This document shows, piece by piece, positions 32,160-42,144 of a stretch of 64,000 nucleotides of DNA. The number at the start of each line of letters is the position of its first letter. The first letter of the stretch is position 1. The position numbers were made by a program, and so were the translations under genes. A model generated the notes under the pieces. The model was not told the origin of the DNA, searched no databases, and was given only the letters and a program-made list of their open reading frames with translations. Where the stretch lies: contig OZ252100.1 in NCBI GenBank assembly GCA_965248435.1, forward strand, positions 1,152,001-1,216,000, written 5' to 3'. The stretch comes from Candidatus Latescibacterota bacterium (GTDB lineage Bacteria > Latescibacterota > UBA2968 > GCA-2709665).

Positions 32160-32218
32160 TCCCCTCCATTTCGAAGTGGGGTGCCCTGGCCGATTAGGTA
32201 TGTTGAATCCCCAGCTTG

Positions 32219-32455
32219 CTATGGGATGAAAGTCGAGTTGTCCGTGAACGTGTATTCAGTCATAGGTTCTAACGCGTCCTTTCGAATTTTGCCGTGAAAC
32301 TCCACCACGGCATCTTCCAGAGCCTGCCTCAACACATCTGTGATAGCGCCTACTTCACCCTTAGCCTCGTACCAAACTCTCTTGCCGTCCCACGTGCCGC
32401 TAACTACGATCGTGAAGTCCATCTCGTTAATGCCCTTCTGTTTCTCCGTTGGCAT
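32219..32455 (-). CDS. Hypothetical protein
   Basis: Co-oriented ORF with RBS. Confidence 0.45.
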   Translation of the reverse strand: MPTEKQKGINEMDFTIVVSGTWDGKRVWYEAKGEVGAITDVLRQALEDAVVEFHGKIRKDALEPMTEYTFTDNSTFIP

Positions 32456-32735
32456 CCTCGGCCTCCGTGGAAAGTGTAGTTGTTGGGGAGAATTTTAAGG
32501 GGCTGGAGAACCTCTCCCTCAGATCGTGTTATTCTGAAATCCTCCAGCCCCTTGGGTTTGTCAGCTCGCAGGCATCAACCCCTTTCTCCTCTTGCCTTAA
32601 ACCGAGGATGGTCTCATATTAAGAGACCCCTCGGGTGTGCTCCACCACAGTGGCTTTGACGGGTTCTTGGTTGTCAGGCCTGACCCGTTTCAGCTACGGA
32701 CACATTCGGGGGTTTGCTACGTCTAGAAGCCTTTC

Positions 32736-32934
32736 TAAGTCGTAGTGCTTTGCCTAGCTTTGAGTTTCTTTACCGTTTCGTGAATCCCTTGGCTGGCCCT
32801 TTCTTTGAGATGCTGCTTCAACTCCTCTACGTATTCTTCTGCCTTTCTCGGAAATTCTAACCCTCCCAGTGAATGAACAAAGCAATGCTTTCTTTATCTC
32901 CATTTCTAAAGGATATACTTATTCTATCTCCCAT
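32736..32934 (-). pseudogene. Frameshifted phage/MGE-type gene fragment
   Basis: MGDRISISFRNGDKESIALFIHW continues as GGLEFPRKAEEYVEELKQHLKER if one G is restored. Confidence 0.5.
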
Positions 32935-33046
32935 CTTCACATCACCCTTTAAAGAATCCATTATCCTTTAGAAGAATCTCCCCAGTGCTTTCGGAAGTAG
33001 CTGTATGCCGTCCTAATTCTGCTCCCACTTACTTTGCTTGCACCTT

Positions 33047-33703
33047 CTATTCGAGAATCATATCAAAGAGGTTATTTATTTCCTGCATTACTTGCGTATC
33101 TCCACCTCTATCAGGATGGAGGTGAAATGAGACTTTCTTCTTTAACTTCTTAACAGTCGCAATCTTTTCCTCTAGCCTTCTGAGTCGAGCTCTCAAATCA
33201 GAGACAGTTTCTCTTAGTGCATCTAGGGATTCTGCCTTTTTTTGCTTTGGTGGAAGGAGCGAATTTATCTTTGTACGAAGCGTGTCACGAGTGATCTTTT
33301 TTTTGAAAAGCTCTTCCTTGAGCATTTCGAACTCTGGCTGAGGAAGCTGTTTCTGAACTCGACGTAGCATTGCGATCTGGTTGTATGAGGGGACGAACGC
33401 GCTGTGATTTTTCCGTCTGACGGAAATCAGATGTGGAAAATGCTGTTCGATGAACTCTCGCCCTCTGATAATGTCGCTTGCTGCGGATCTCCCGAACCAT
33501 AGCTCTCCTGCAACATATGAATTGAAGCTTTCGAAGTTCCCAAACAGACGCCAAAGATTGTCCTTCTTTACCTCCATAAAAAGCTCACCTAGCTCCATCC
33601 AACATTGATGGTCTGGACGGAGTTGCTTCGCAAGCTGAAAGATCTCGGTTCGAACCCGGTTTGCGTGTCTCTGGCTACTTCCAGCTTTCTTTTTAGACGC
33701 CAT
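33047..33703 (-). CDS. Hypothetical protein with coiled coil and C-terminal J-domain-like HPD motif
   Basis: W..LG...F.SF..Y N-terminus; HPDRGGD..MQEIN C-terminus. Confidence 0.65.
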   Translation of the reverse strand: MASKKKAGSSQRHANRVRTEIFQLAKQLRPDHQCWMELGELFMEVKKDNLWRLFGNFESFNSYVAGELWFGRSAASDIIRGREFIEQHFPHLISVRRKNHSAFVPSYNQIAMLRRVQKQLPQPEFEMLKEELFKKKITRDTLRTKINSLLPPKQKKAESLDALRETVSDLRARLRRLEEKIATVKKLKKKVSFHLHPDRGGDTQVMQEINNLFDMILE

Positions 33704-33788
33704 AACGTTTTATCTCAACTTTCGAGCCGAGCCCCGTGGGATTCTAAAGATTTCGGGCGTGTGACGCGTGTGCGATACGACCTTGCTG

Positions 33789-34010
33789 TTATATATAAAG
33801 GTTGGTAGATGTCCCAGCTCCTTGAGTTTGTTGCTCCAGATGAACGCGAAGGCAATCGAGGACGAAAACCTGAACGCCTCTGTTCGCAAGCTCTTCGCGA
33901 ATTGATGCAAGTCGCGTATATGGTCCGGGATTACCGCGCTGCTGTTCCGCCTCAGTCCAATACGCGAAAATCAGATCCGGCGTTGACGTTGATGATTCCA
34001 TCCTGAACAC
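33789..34010 (-). CDS. Hypothetical protein
   Basis: Co-oriented short ORF. Confidence 0.35.
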   Translation of the reverse strand: MFRMESSTSTPDLIFAYWTEAEQQRGNPGPYTRLASIREELANRGVQVFVLDCLRVHLEQQTQGAGTSTNLYI

Positions 34011-34019
34011 CCCTTATTC

Positions 34020-34214
34020 TTAAGCAGTTTGATCTGTGCCGCTTGTGCGCTTCAGCTTTGCGATTGCTTGCTGACCGCAGTGCAACTGGTTTACTAAGAT
34101 TCGCTCTGCTTCAGGTGAACCGTAGGGATGGTACTTTATTGCGCCTGTGGCCTTGTCATATTCAAGGATGTAGGCGGCGCTAACTCCGCCGTCCAGAATC
34201 TCCGGAAGGCTCAT
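34020..34214 (-). CDS. Hypothetical protein
   Basis: Co-oriented short ORF. Confidence 0.4.
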   Translation of the reverse strand: MSLPEILDGGVSAAYILEYDKATGAIKYHPYGSPEAERILVNQLHCGQQAIAKLKRTSGTDQTA

Positions 34215-34535
34215 TCGGTCGTCTGTCGTTGTTATCTTCCTTCTCCTCGTCGATCGGGTGGTTTCGCCGAACGCGGAAAAGTTGTGTCTTCGATAGACCC
34301 TCCTTGACTTACCTGCTTGAAAAGGACTAGATTCTCTAGCCCTGACTCCGGTCGGCTAAGAGCATTTGCGGATATTCCGTCGCCAAACGAATCCTCCGCA
34401 TTTGCCCTGGCTAGAGTTGGGGTTTGTTTACCCCACTCCGATATCTTCACTTCTCCGCTGCTGTCTCGAATCTACCGACGGATCAAATATACGACTCTTA
34501 ATGAGCATGTGCACATTATTGTTTTTACAGTAGTT

Positions 34536-34572
34536 AGTCCAACATTATGGATAAAGAGTCCAACATTCTGGA
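34536..34572. promoter_or_regulatory. Tandem palindromic operator-like repeats
   Basis: AGTCCAACATT(A/C)TGGA twice, 21 bp apart, at the divergence point. Confidence 0.55.
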
Positions 34573-34799
34573 CTACTGCCGTTTTCGACGCTATGAGATC
34601 CGAAACCTTTATATAGGTCGAGTATTGTTGCATGCTGCAATAATGCAAGACAATCGCAAGCGAACGACCAAGGTCGGCACTGTATGCGTATTTATCTGAG
34701 GTTGGGATTAAGTCGACACAGCCAGGGAGGATTGATTACAACGAAGTTGATGTAGACAGGGCCCTTGAAGCGATTGTTCAGGACGGCGACAATTTTCTC

Positions 34800-35327
34800 T
34801 TGGAAGGATTGTATTCCTATGCGTTGGACAATAATTCACGCATTGGCATAGACCTCGAGCGGCAAGACAGGATACCTGAGGACGAAAATGCCTTGGTTGG
34901 CAGAGGGAAGGAGCAATGGGTTGAATACTGCGAAGCTACTTATTCTTGTGGCGAATGGATTGGCATTGAACAAGATGAAAGGGTAGCACTTGGTCCCAGC
35001 GTCCCCATTTACAATCGTGATACTGGCCAACTAGAGCCATTTGATCCTGTTACATTCCACCCTCTTCCTTTTGAAATTGGGACAAGTGATCACGTTCAGA
35101 ACTATCGCACGCTCTACAATATTTACCAAAAAGCAAGGCAGCTTGGTTACGATTTGGTTAATGTACGGTTGCACAGTGGTGAATGGGCCACGAGTGACAA
35201 TACTGGATTTCAACTTGGGAGATGCGGAGGATATTTAGATGACCTCCCACCCGACTTCTCTCTCGATTATGAGGATATCTCTATTGCCCGGGAACGATAC
35301 AAAGAATTGCTTCCAGGCTTAGAATAA
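34800..35327 (+). CDS. Hypothetical acidic protein; 5' end unclear
   Basis: Frame is open back to about 34644 but has no canonical start there. Confidence 0.55.
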   Translation: MEGLYSYALDNNSRIGIDLERQDRIPEDENALVGRGKEQWVEYCEATYSCGEWIGIEQDERVALGPSVPIYNRDTGQLEPFDPVTFHPLPFEIGTSDHVQNYRTLYNIYQKARQLGYDLVNVRLHSGEWATSDNTGFQLGRCGGYLDDLPPDFSLDYEDISIARERYKELLPGLE

Positions 35328-35347
35328 CTTGCTTCTTCTCAGAGATT

Positions 35348-38300
35348 ATGAAACCTATCCAGAGTAAAGAAGAGTTCGATGAGCTTGCGTGCGAGCACGG
35401 TTTCAAGACTCGCCGGGAACTGCTGGCTGCCTGCAAAAAAGTCGAGGGAATCAAAAAATCAACTCTGGAGAAAATCCGCAGCCAAAATTATAGAAATTTC
35501 GGACGAGTTACGCTCAGGGCCTTGGCAGAACTTCTTAGTCTAGTAGGCAAGGAGATTACTCCCTCAGAGCTCGATATCAAATTGGGATGGATCGAGCCGG
35601 TCACTGGCGAGAATACCCTCAGAGCTGGGCAGGACACCGGGCGAGACACCGTCGCAGAGAAGTTGGCAACGTTATCGGAGTCCCTACGAGCCAAACTTAG
35701 CGCCATTCACTATGAAGACAGGAACTTGAAACGCCTCACCGTGGGTCATAAAGGGGCTAATTCGAGTGAAGATGACGAGGTAATCACTGTCGCGCAGCTG
35801 TCGCGCAAGAAGTGTGCTCTTGTAATAGGTGAAGCCGGATTAGGGAAAAGCACCTTGTTGGATGATATTGCTCGGTATTCAGCCCTAAACAACCGAATCC
35901 CAGTCTATGTTGATCTTAGTATCCGAATCGTAGAAGAACTTGAGCATTTCGAGAGTCACGTCTGGGCATGTGCACAATCCTACAGGGGTGTAGACAACGT
36001 AGCATTCTCACCCTTAGACTCGAAGAGCACGGACGTCGTTTTTCTGTTTGACCACTTGGATTTGTCTCCTCGCCCCAGTGCGAATGAGATTCCTGAGGTA
36101 GTTCGCCTTGTTAATTCATTCCTTAACAAACAGGGGCGTCTGAAAGAGCGCGCCCAATTCATCGTGTGTTGCCGGACTAACTTCGATTCGTATTATCGAA
36201 AACTACATCCCAGTTTCGACTGTTTCGAACTGCTTAATCTCAATTCTGAAGACAACATACCCAGATTGTTGGAAGCCCATGGAGTCCCTTCTTTACTTTC
36301 TGATTCTTTGAGGGAGAGGGAGTTACTTGACTTTGCAAAAAACCCTCTACGACTTGTCCTATTAGCTGAGATTTACAAGGCTAATACCGAAGACGGCAAA
36401 GAGATCAGAATTCTGAAGGAGTCGGATATATATGACCAACATGTTGATCTGCATATTGAGAGGGAAATCAGAGAACGAGAGTTGAAGGCACCAAAGAGAT
36501 TAGTGAAAAGACTGCTAGCTCGTCTTGCATTTGAATCATTCACATCCGCGATCCCTGGAGCACAGGAGTTCAGAAGGGGTTGGGCAGTGGACTTTCTCCA
36601 AGAGATCTTGCCGAAAGCCGTTGGGACAAGCCAAATCAACGGGAGTCTAGTAATAGAAGGACTCATCAGCGGAGGCTTGATCACTCTCTCTTCAGATGGT
36701 AGACGGTTCGAATTCTATCATCCATTGCTTAGAGATTTCTTTTGTGCTCTGCATCTAGCAAGGAATAACTCTCAGGCCAATGCTTTAGAAATCTTACTCG
36801 CAAAAGCCGGCGACCCAGAGAAGAGATTAGGTCCCGAGTGGGAGAAAGTATTCTTGCTCTATGCGGGACTGGTAAAGGACGTCACCCCCCTTGTTGCAGC
36901 ACTAGCAGATAAGGAAGAAGTCCAAGACGACATTTTCCGAACAAACCTTCTCCTTGCCGGAAAGTGTCTTGCTTCTTCCACCCTAAGCCACGACAATCCC
37001 ACATACACGCAGGTCATGGATGAGGTCTGGGAGATGTTCTTACAAGCTGAGGATCCGAATTTCTTGGGGGAGGCCCCAGAGGTCCTTGGCAGTTACACCA
37101 GTCCGAGCTTCATCGACGATCTATTTACGAAGCTCAGAAGTCGAGATAAGGGAACTCAGTGTCGCAGCCTGATTGTGTTATCACTTTTGGCGACTAGAAG
37201 CGGAACAGTCACCCAGCAGCTATTGTCCTTGTTGGACGTAAGCCATAGGAGGATTCGCTCAATTAGGACGGAGCTAGTTGAGATACTAGCAGATCTTCAT
37301 TGCAATGATGCAGTTCAACCACTAGTCAAACTGCTGGGTGATAGCAGTGGTGATCTGAAAGGAACAGTCGCACGCAGTCTTGCGAGATTGGGAACCAGGA
37401 ATGCGATCGAAGCTCTGGTAGGACTTCTCAGGCAGAATCTGGAAGACGACTCTTGGCGCTTCGTTGAATTTGCCCTAGTCCACAGCAAATCGGAGATTGC
37501 GGTCGAACTTCTCGGTGAACTGTTGCTTGATGAAGACGTACCGTGGGAGGCCAGACTGAGAGCCATGACCCCTTTGGCATTGATTGGCTCAAAAAAGGCC
37601 ATTGAAGTGATATCGTGGGGTCTTGAAACCGAACTTAAGGGTCTGATCATTGCGGTATTGGCTTTGACGAGGTCAAATAGAGTTGTCGAGCTACTCAAGA
37701 GACTGCTGGAAGATGAAGATGTTCGGACGCAGACAATTTGGACTCTTGCGTGGATCGGAACGCCAGAAGCTCTTGAACCATTGATATCTCTGCTGAATGA
37801 CAAGACTCACGACTTAGCCCTCTGTGAAACCATCGTGCGGAGACTCAGGTATTGCGAAGCGGTGCGGAACACTACTTTCGATCTATCGGGGGCCCTTGAA
37901 GCTTTGCTGCAGTTGCTGAATAATCCAGATGTTGAGTTCAAGGCAGATGTCATTACCATATTGCGGGCGCCTGAAGCATGCGGGCTACTTGTGAATCTTC
38001 TCGAAACGAGCGACCCAGAAATACAGCGAGCGGCCGTTCGCGCTCTTGGCAGGAATGGCTGTGAAGAAGCCGTCAACAATCTAGTTAAGCTCTTTAGTCA
38101 TAGGATCTGGGATGCTGAGGAACCTTGGCCCTTGGGGCGTGTAATACTCCATTCAATAGAGTCTATTGGGACCCCGGAAGTCGTTTCTGTGCTACAGGGT
38201 ATAGCCTCTGATGGATCTGTCGAGGAGGTCTACCGGATGGACGCTCTGGAATCTCTTGATAAGATCGATTCGGGGGGTGGACATCTTCAAGACCAGGATG

Positions 38301-38728
38301 TTGAACCCGACTTCCTAGAGGCCCGAATCAAGGGACGCCCCTCACTCGCTTTGGAATTGAGTGACCCTGGCTTCGCCAGCAGTATCCTGATCAGCGAGTT
38401 AGTTCGAATCTGTGAAGAGAAAGACGAGTATGCCTATGGTGAGCATTGCGTCGAAGTCGCCAAGGTCCTTTTGCAGATTGGAGCTGGTGAGGGAATAGAC
38501 AAGCTAGTTTGCCTTCTTGGAAATGAAAACACCCCTGACACACTTCGAAGTGGGGTGGCAAGAGCGATGAAGGAAGTTCAACCATTCAGGGCTATCGAGG
38601 CTTTGTCTTGTTTGATCGGTGTGAAATCATTGAGGCCAGAAATCCTGGGTTTACTACACAACATTTCGGTTGAGACAGGAATAAGAATCACCGAGGACTT
38701 AATCCAGACATCTCCTGTTGGGGAGTAG
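35348..38728 (+). CDS. HTH-NACHT NTPase-HEAT repeat protein (NLR/STAND-like)
   Basis: Walker A GEAGLGKST, Walker B FLFDHLD, NPL.L, FYHPLLRDFF, long HEAT array. Confidence 0.88.
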   Translation: MKPIQSKEEFDELACEHGFKTRRELLAACKKVEGIKKSTLEKIRSQNYRNFGRVTLRALAELLSLVGKEITPSELDIKLGWIEPVTGENTLRAGQDTGRDTVAEKLATLSESLRAKLSAIHYEDRNLKRLTVGHKGANSSEDDEVITVAQLSRKKCALVIGEAGLGKSTLLDDIARYSALNNRIPVYVDLSIRIVEELEHFESHVWACAQSYRGVDNVAFSPLDSKSTDVVFLFDHLDLSPRPSANEIPEVVRLVNSFLNKQGRLKERAQFIVCCRTNFDSYYRKLHPSFDCFELLNLNSEDNIPRLLEAHGVPSLLSDSLRERELLDFAKNPLRLVLLAEIYKANTEDGKEIRILKESDIYDQHVDLHIEREIRERELKAPKRLVKRLLARLAFESFTSAIPGAQEFRRGWAVDFLQEILPKAVGTSQINGSLVIEGLISGGLITLSSDGRRFEFYHPLLRDFFCALHLARNNSQANALEILLAKAGDPEKRLGPEWEKVFLLYAGLVKDVTPLVAALADKEEVQDDIFRTNLLLAGKCLASSTLSHDNPTYTQVMDEVWEMFLQAEDPNFLGEAPEVLGSYTSPSFIDDLFTKLRSRDKGTQCRSLIVLSLLATRSGTVTQQLLSLLDVSHRRIRSIRTELVEILADLHCNDAVQPLVKLLGDSSGDLKGTVARSLARLGTRNAIEALVGLLRQNLEDDSWRFVEFALVHSKSEIAVELLGELLLDEDVPWEARLRAMTPLALIGSKKAIEVISWGLETELKGLIIAVLALTRSNRVVELLKRLLEDEDVRTQTIWTLAWIGTPEALEPLISLLNDKTHDLALCETIVRRLRYCEAVRNTTFDLSGALEALLQLLNNPDVEFKADVITILRAPEACGLLVNLLETSDPEIQRAAVRALGRNGCEEAVNNLVKLFSHRIWDAEEPWPLGRVILHSIESIGTPEVVSVLQGIASDGSVEEVYRMDALESLDKIDSGGGHLQDQDVEPDFLEARIKGRPSLALELSDPGFASSILISELVRICEEKDEYAYGEHCVEVAKVLLQIGAGEGIDKLVCLLGNENTPDTLRSGVARAMKEVQPFRAIEALSCLIGVKSLRPEILGLLHNISVETGIRITEDLIQTSPVGE

Positions 38729-39150
38729 GAATGCGTACGTGCCCTTCGGTGGTAGGTGGTATGTGACGCGTATACTAGAACTGACCAAGACTTTTGTAGA
38801 TTGTCTAGACGCCAGTGAAGTAGCTCAGGTAGTTATGAGAGTAGGGCTCTCAAACAGGCTATGAAATCGAAGATGAGGAAGGTTGGCAGAGACACCTCCT
38901 TGTTCAGGCAATTTTGTGGGAGAATTTCGCAGAACCTGTTAAGGAAGGTGTGACCACTCGCCTCATTTACCTGCTGCTGACACCCATATCACTAAGGTCC
39001 TAGCAAGTTCTTGATTTTCTTAAGACTCTCTTGCCTGCAAACAAAGTCACAGTCTCTTGTATATCTAGAAATATCTAGAAAACCTCTCAAAGCATACCCG
39101 CCGATTAGAATTAGTTTTGGCTGTTGGAAATTCTTAGTGGCCTTGCTTAG

Positions 39151-39909
39151 TCTTTCAAGAAGAGACCCAATAACCTCTTCGCGGAGCTCTCTGGATATGC
39201 AAGGGACCTCTTTGAAAATGGACGCACAGCAGTAATTAGAAGTGACAACAGAGATCAGATTCTTAATTCCTTTGAAATCCCCAAGACTGTTTTGCAGAAA
39301 GTTGACAAGCTCACCCTCTACTTTGGTAGAAAATCTGAGTATCCTGGTTCAAGCATACCCGTAAATGGAGCAACGCATTATCCAATTGCTTATGCGAAGA
39401 ACGCAAAGGAGTTCTCATATCTACTGCAGCATATAGAGGGTGCAGAATTATACGGTCCAGGAGATGCGCTGACAATGAAGGGTTGGGAACGATTTCAAGA
39501 AATTGAGGAAAGGCGCCCATCCAGCAGGAATTGCTTTGTTGCGATGTGGCTTGACAAGAGCCAGGATGAGATATATGAGAACGGCATTGAGAAGGCTGTT
39601 AAGAAAGCGGGCTATCAACCGGTTAGAATCGACGAGGTCGAACACCTAAATAAGATTGATGACCTTATCATCGCTGAGATTCGCAGGAGCAAGTTTGTGG
39701 TGGCTGAGTTTACAGGACATAGATAGAATGTGTATTTCGAATCTGGATTTGCGATGGCGCTTGGCTTACAGGTGATACGTCTCTGCAAGGAAGATGAAAT
39801 CAACGATGCACATTTCGACACCAGGCAATACAACCACATTACCTGGAGAGATGCTGGCGATCTTTATGCAAAACTGCTAAACAGCATTAGAGCCAACATA
39901 GTTGACTGA
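39151..39909 (+). pseudogene. Disrupted TIR/nucleoside-2-deoxyribosyltransferase-like gene
   Basis: CFVAMW...IRRSKFVVAEFTGHR*NVYFESGFAMALG...HFDTRQYNHI with an in-frame TAG at 39724-39726; 5' region also broken. Confidence 0.75.
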
Positions 39910-39962
39910 CTCGGTTCGAGGAAGCCGCCTTTACTATTTTCCAATTTGAAAGAGCCTGGACT

Positions 39963-41252
39963 ATGCAAGAACCGACTTCTACACTTGCCGACATCGCTGC
40001 CTATTGCGCCATCATTGGAGTGCTATTCTCCGTTGTTTACGCCGTCTGGAGAAGGAGGTCAGTGGCTTTCGTCTCTATAGGTCTAATTGTGATTGGCGCT
40101 TCAGTGATTGCCTACAAGAGCGCTTGGCTTCGTGCGTTGGAGATTGTTGGAGGCCTTCCAGGTCTGTTCTTTTCTGCTTTCAAGTATGTAGCTTGGGATC
40201 ACCCCATCATTCTTGCATCTGGAATCATCGTGCTGCTTGTGGCCAAGAATCGGAGGCTTGCAAAGGTGGTTACTGGTTTAAGAGAAAGGCTGAAGAGCAC
40301 TGGATTGGATAAGCCTTCTGGTCCCTTAGAACTGTTCGAGACTGAAATAAATCAACAGATGGATCGCCTAATTTCCCACCTGCCAAGAGAATGGACTCCC
40401 AAAGAAGCATTCCAGAAAGGATGGGCGGGCTGCGACACGTTAGAAGTTCCGGCAGAAGAGCTCCTCAGACCCTTCGTGCTCACCCTTAGATTGCATCCCC
40501 AAAAAAACAACGATTGGAGAGCTGGAGTTTTCTTCTTTAAGGATATGAAAAGAGATTCCCCCAGAGTCATCTTCCACGCCTCTCGGGACACTAATCATAT
40601 GGGGGAGATTGGATATTCTGCTTATCTCTATTGGGACCAGGACAAACTCACGCTTCGAGATGCAGAAGATGCTCTGAAGCCACCAAAAGCAATCTGCGGC
40701 TTGTCTCTTGGTTCTGGATTGATGAGGCTGGTCTTCCTTAAGCACTGCTTGATTCTCTCTCTCGACGACGTAGCCTGGGTGTTGACCAACGACCATTTGG
40801 AGATTGAGAACCTTGGAAATCCGTATCTAGCTCACTGGTGGGAAGGTGGGTTCTCGCAAGTCTTCTTTAAGGATGTTAGTGTTCAAAGAACCGTATCGAA
40901 TGCAGAGATACTGCTGTTAGAGCATCTCGCCAAAACTACCGGAAGGTTGGTTAGCACTATCAAGATGAACCCTAAAGTGCTCGAAGCTTTTGAGAAGCTT
41001 CGATTTCTTCGCTCCATCTTGAACAAGAACAAGTGGGACACGACCGTGTTGTATAGAGAGCTCAGAGATTTCCTTATGGAGAACAAGATGAAGCATCCTC
41101 AAGTAGACGTGGATGCTCTCCCAACCTTTGATTCTGACGCGGCTGAACAGGCCATATTGCTTGCTTGGTCCAGAGGATTTCTGACTCCACTTAAGCTTGG
41201 AACGGATGATCTCGGGAACGTCTTCCTGAAGTTCAATCCTGAAAGCCAGTAG
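39963..41252 (+). CDS. Membrane-anchored hypothetical protein
   Basis: N-terminal TMs followed by a soluble domain. Confidence 0.65.
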   Translation: MQEPTSTLADIAAYCAIIGVLFSVVYAVWRRRSVAFVSIGLIVIGASVIAYKSAWLRALEIVGGLPGLFFSAFKYVAWDHPIILASGIIVLLVAKNRRLAKVVTGLRERLKSTGLDKPSGPLELFETEINQQMDRLISHLPREWTPKEAFQKGWAGCDTLEVPAEELLRPFVLTLRLHPQKNNDWRAGVFFFKDMKRDSPRVIFHASRDTNHMGEIGYSAYLYWDQDKLTLRDAEDALKPPKAICGLSLGSGLMRLVFLKHCLILSLDDVAWVLTNDHLEIENLGNPYLAHWWEGGFSQVFFKDVSVQRTVSNAEILLLEHLAKTTGRLVSTIKMNPKVLEAFEKLRFLRSILNKNKWDTTVLYRELRDFLMENKMKHPQVDVDALPTFDSDAAEQAILLAWSRGFLTPLKLGTDDLGNVFLKFNPESQ

Positions 41253-41627
41253 CTTTTCTACAGAGAAACTCCTCTTTTCCTCTCCCTTCCAAAGTTAGCT
41301 ACCCAACTACAGCAGAAACCCATAAAAGGCACTCTCCAGAGCCAGCTAACCCTTTAAGGCTCTCTGCTGGACCTCCCGCGGGTTCCCGCACCCTCCTGCA
41401 GCCACTTCCTCCGAAGAAAACATCTCATCCTGAAATCATAAAAGCCACTCTTCTGAGAGGAGCTAGGCATTTAAGGTTTCGGATGAAAGCGGTTTCTCAA
41501 GCTCAACCACTTGAGAGCCAGAAAACCATTCCTGAAGTCATTCTCCTTTTCTGTCTCCTTCTATTGGAATTGAAACAGTGGGGTTCATTGAGAAAAATGA
41601 GCTACTAAAACTGTGAGGTGATGTGGA

Positions 41628-41987
41628 ATGACATCAAACAAGAACGATTGGGTTTCAATGGAACCTGAAATTTGGAAGTATGAAAACAAAGGAGACGAGC
41701 TCGAAGGCGTGTTAGTTGCCAAGATTCCTAATGGTGGGAAGTTTGGGAATGAGAGCTATCTCATAGAAAACAAGGCTGGGAGATTTACTGTGTTTGGAAC
41801 AACAATCTTGGAGAGGTTGATGAAGACAGTAGATGTAGGAGCTGAAGTGAGAGTCGTCTACAACGGCATTGGAAAGAACAAGAAGGATGAAGATATGAAG
41901 CTGTTCTCCGTGTTCCAGAAAAAAGCAAGTGTGGAAGAAAAGAGTGAAGGAGAGGGTGGAATTCTCTCTTCATCTGGTGGTGATTGA
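41628..41987 (+). CDS. Viral-type OB-fold ssDNA-binding-like protein
   Basis: W..E..GDELEG...TVFGTTIL...VRVVYNG...K.F.V pattern, acidic tail, GAGGTGA RBS. Confidence 0.6.
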   Translation: MTSNKNDWVSMEPEIWKYENKGDELEGVLVAKIPNGGKFGNESYLIENKAGRFTVFGTTILERLMKTVDVGAEVRVVYNGIGKNKKDEDMKLFSVFQKKASVEEKSEGEGGILSSSGGD

Positions 41988-42141
41988 GATGGGCAAGATG
42001 AAAAAATACAGAACAAAGTGCTGGATTGAAGTTGAGCAAGAAGAGGATGTGTTAATGAACAAGAAAGAAGCAGAAGAAGAGCTGGAACATCTCCAAACTC
42101 TACATCCAGACAATAGGTATGAAATTGAAGAGGTGGACTGA
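41929..42141 (+). CDS. Small acidic hypothetical protein (start about 41989)
   Basis: GGTGA RBS; operon position. Confidence 0.5.
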   Translation: MWKKRVKERVEFSLHLVVIEMGKMKKYRTKCWIEVEQEEDVLMNKKEAEEELEHLQTLHPDNRYEIEEVD

Positions 42142-42144
42142 AAA

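Noticed and set aside
39100-39909. TAG recoding (alternative genetic code)
   Set aside because: Neighbouring long genes have no internal TAG and several end at TAG; pseudogenisation is simpler.
41546-41665. CRISPR array
   Set aside because: Only one repeat-like unit; no spacer periodicity and no cas genes.
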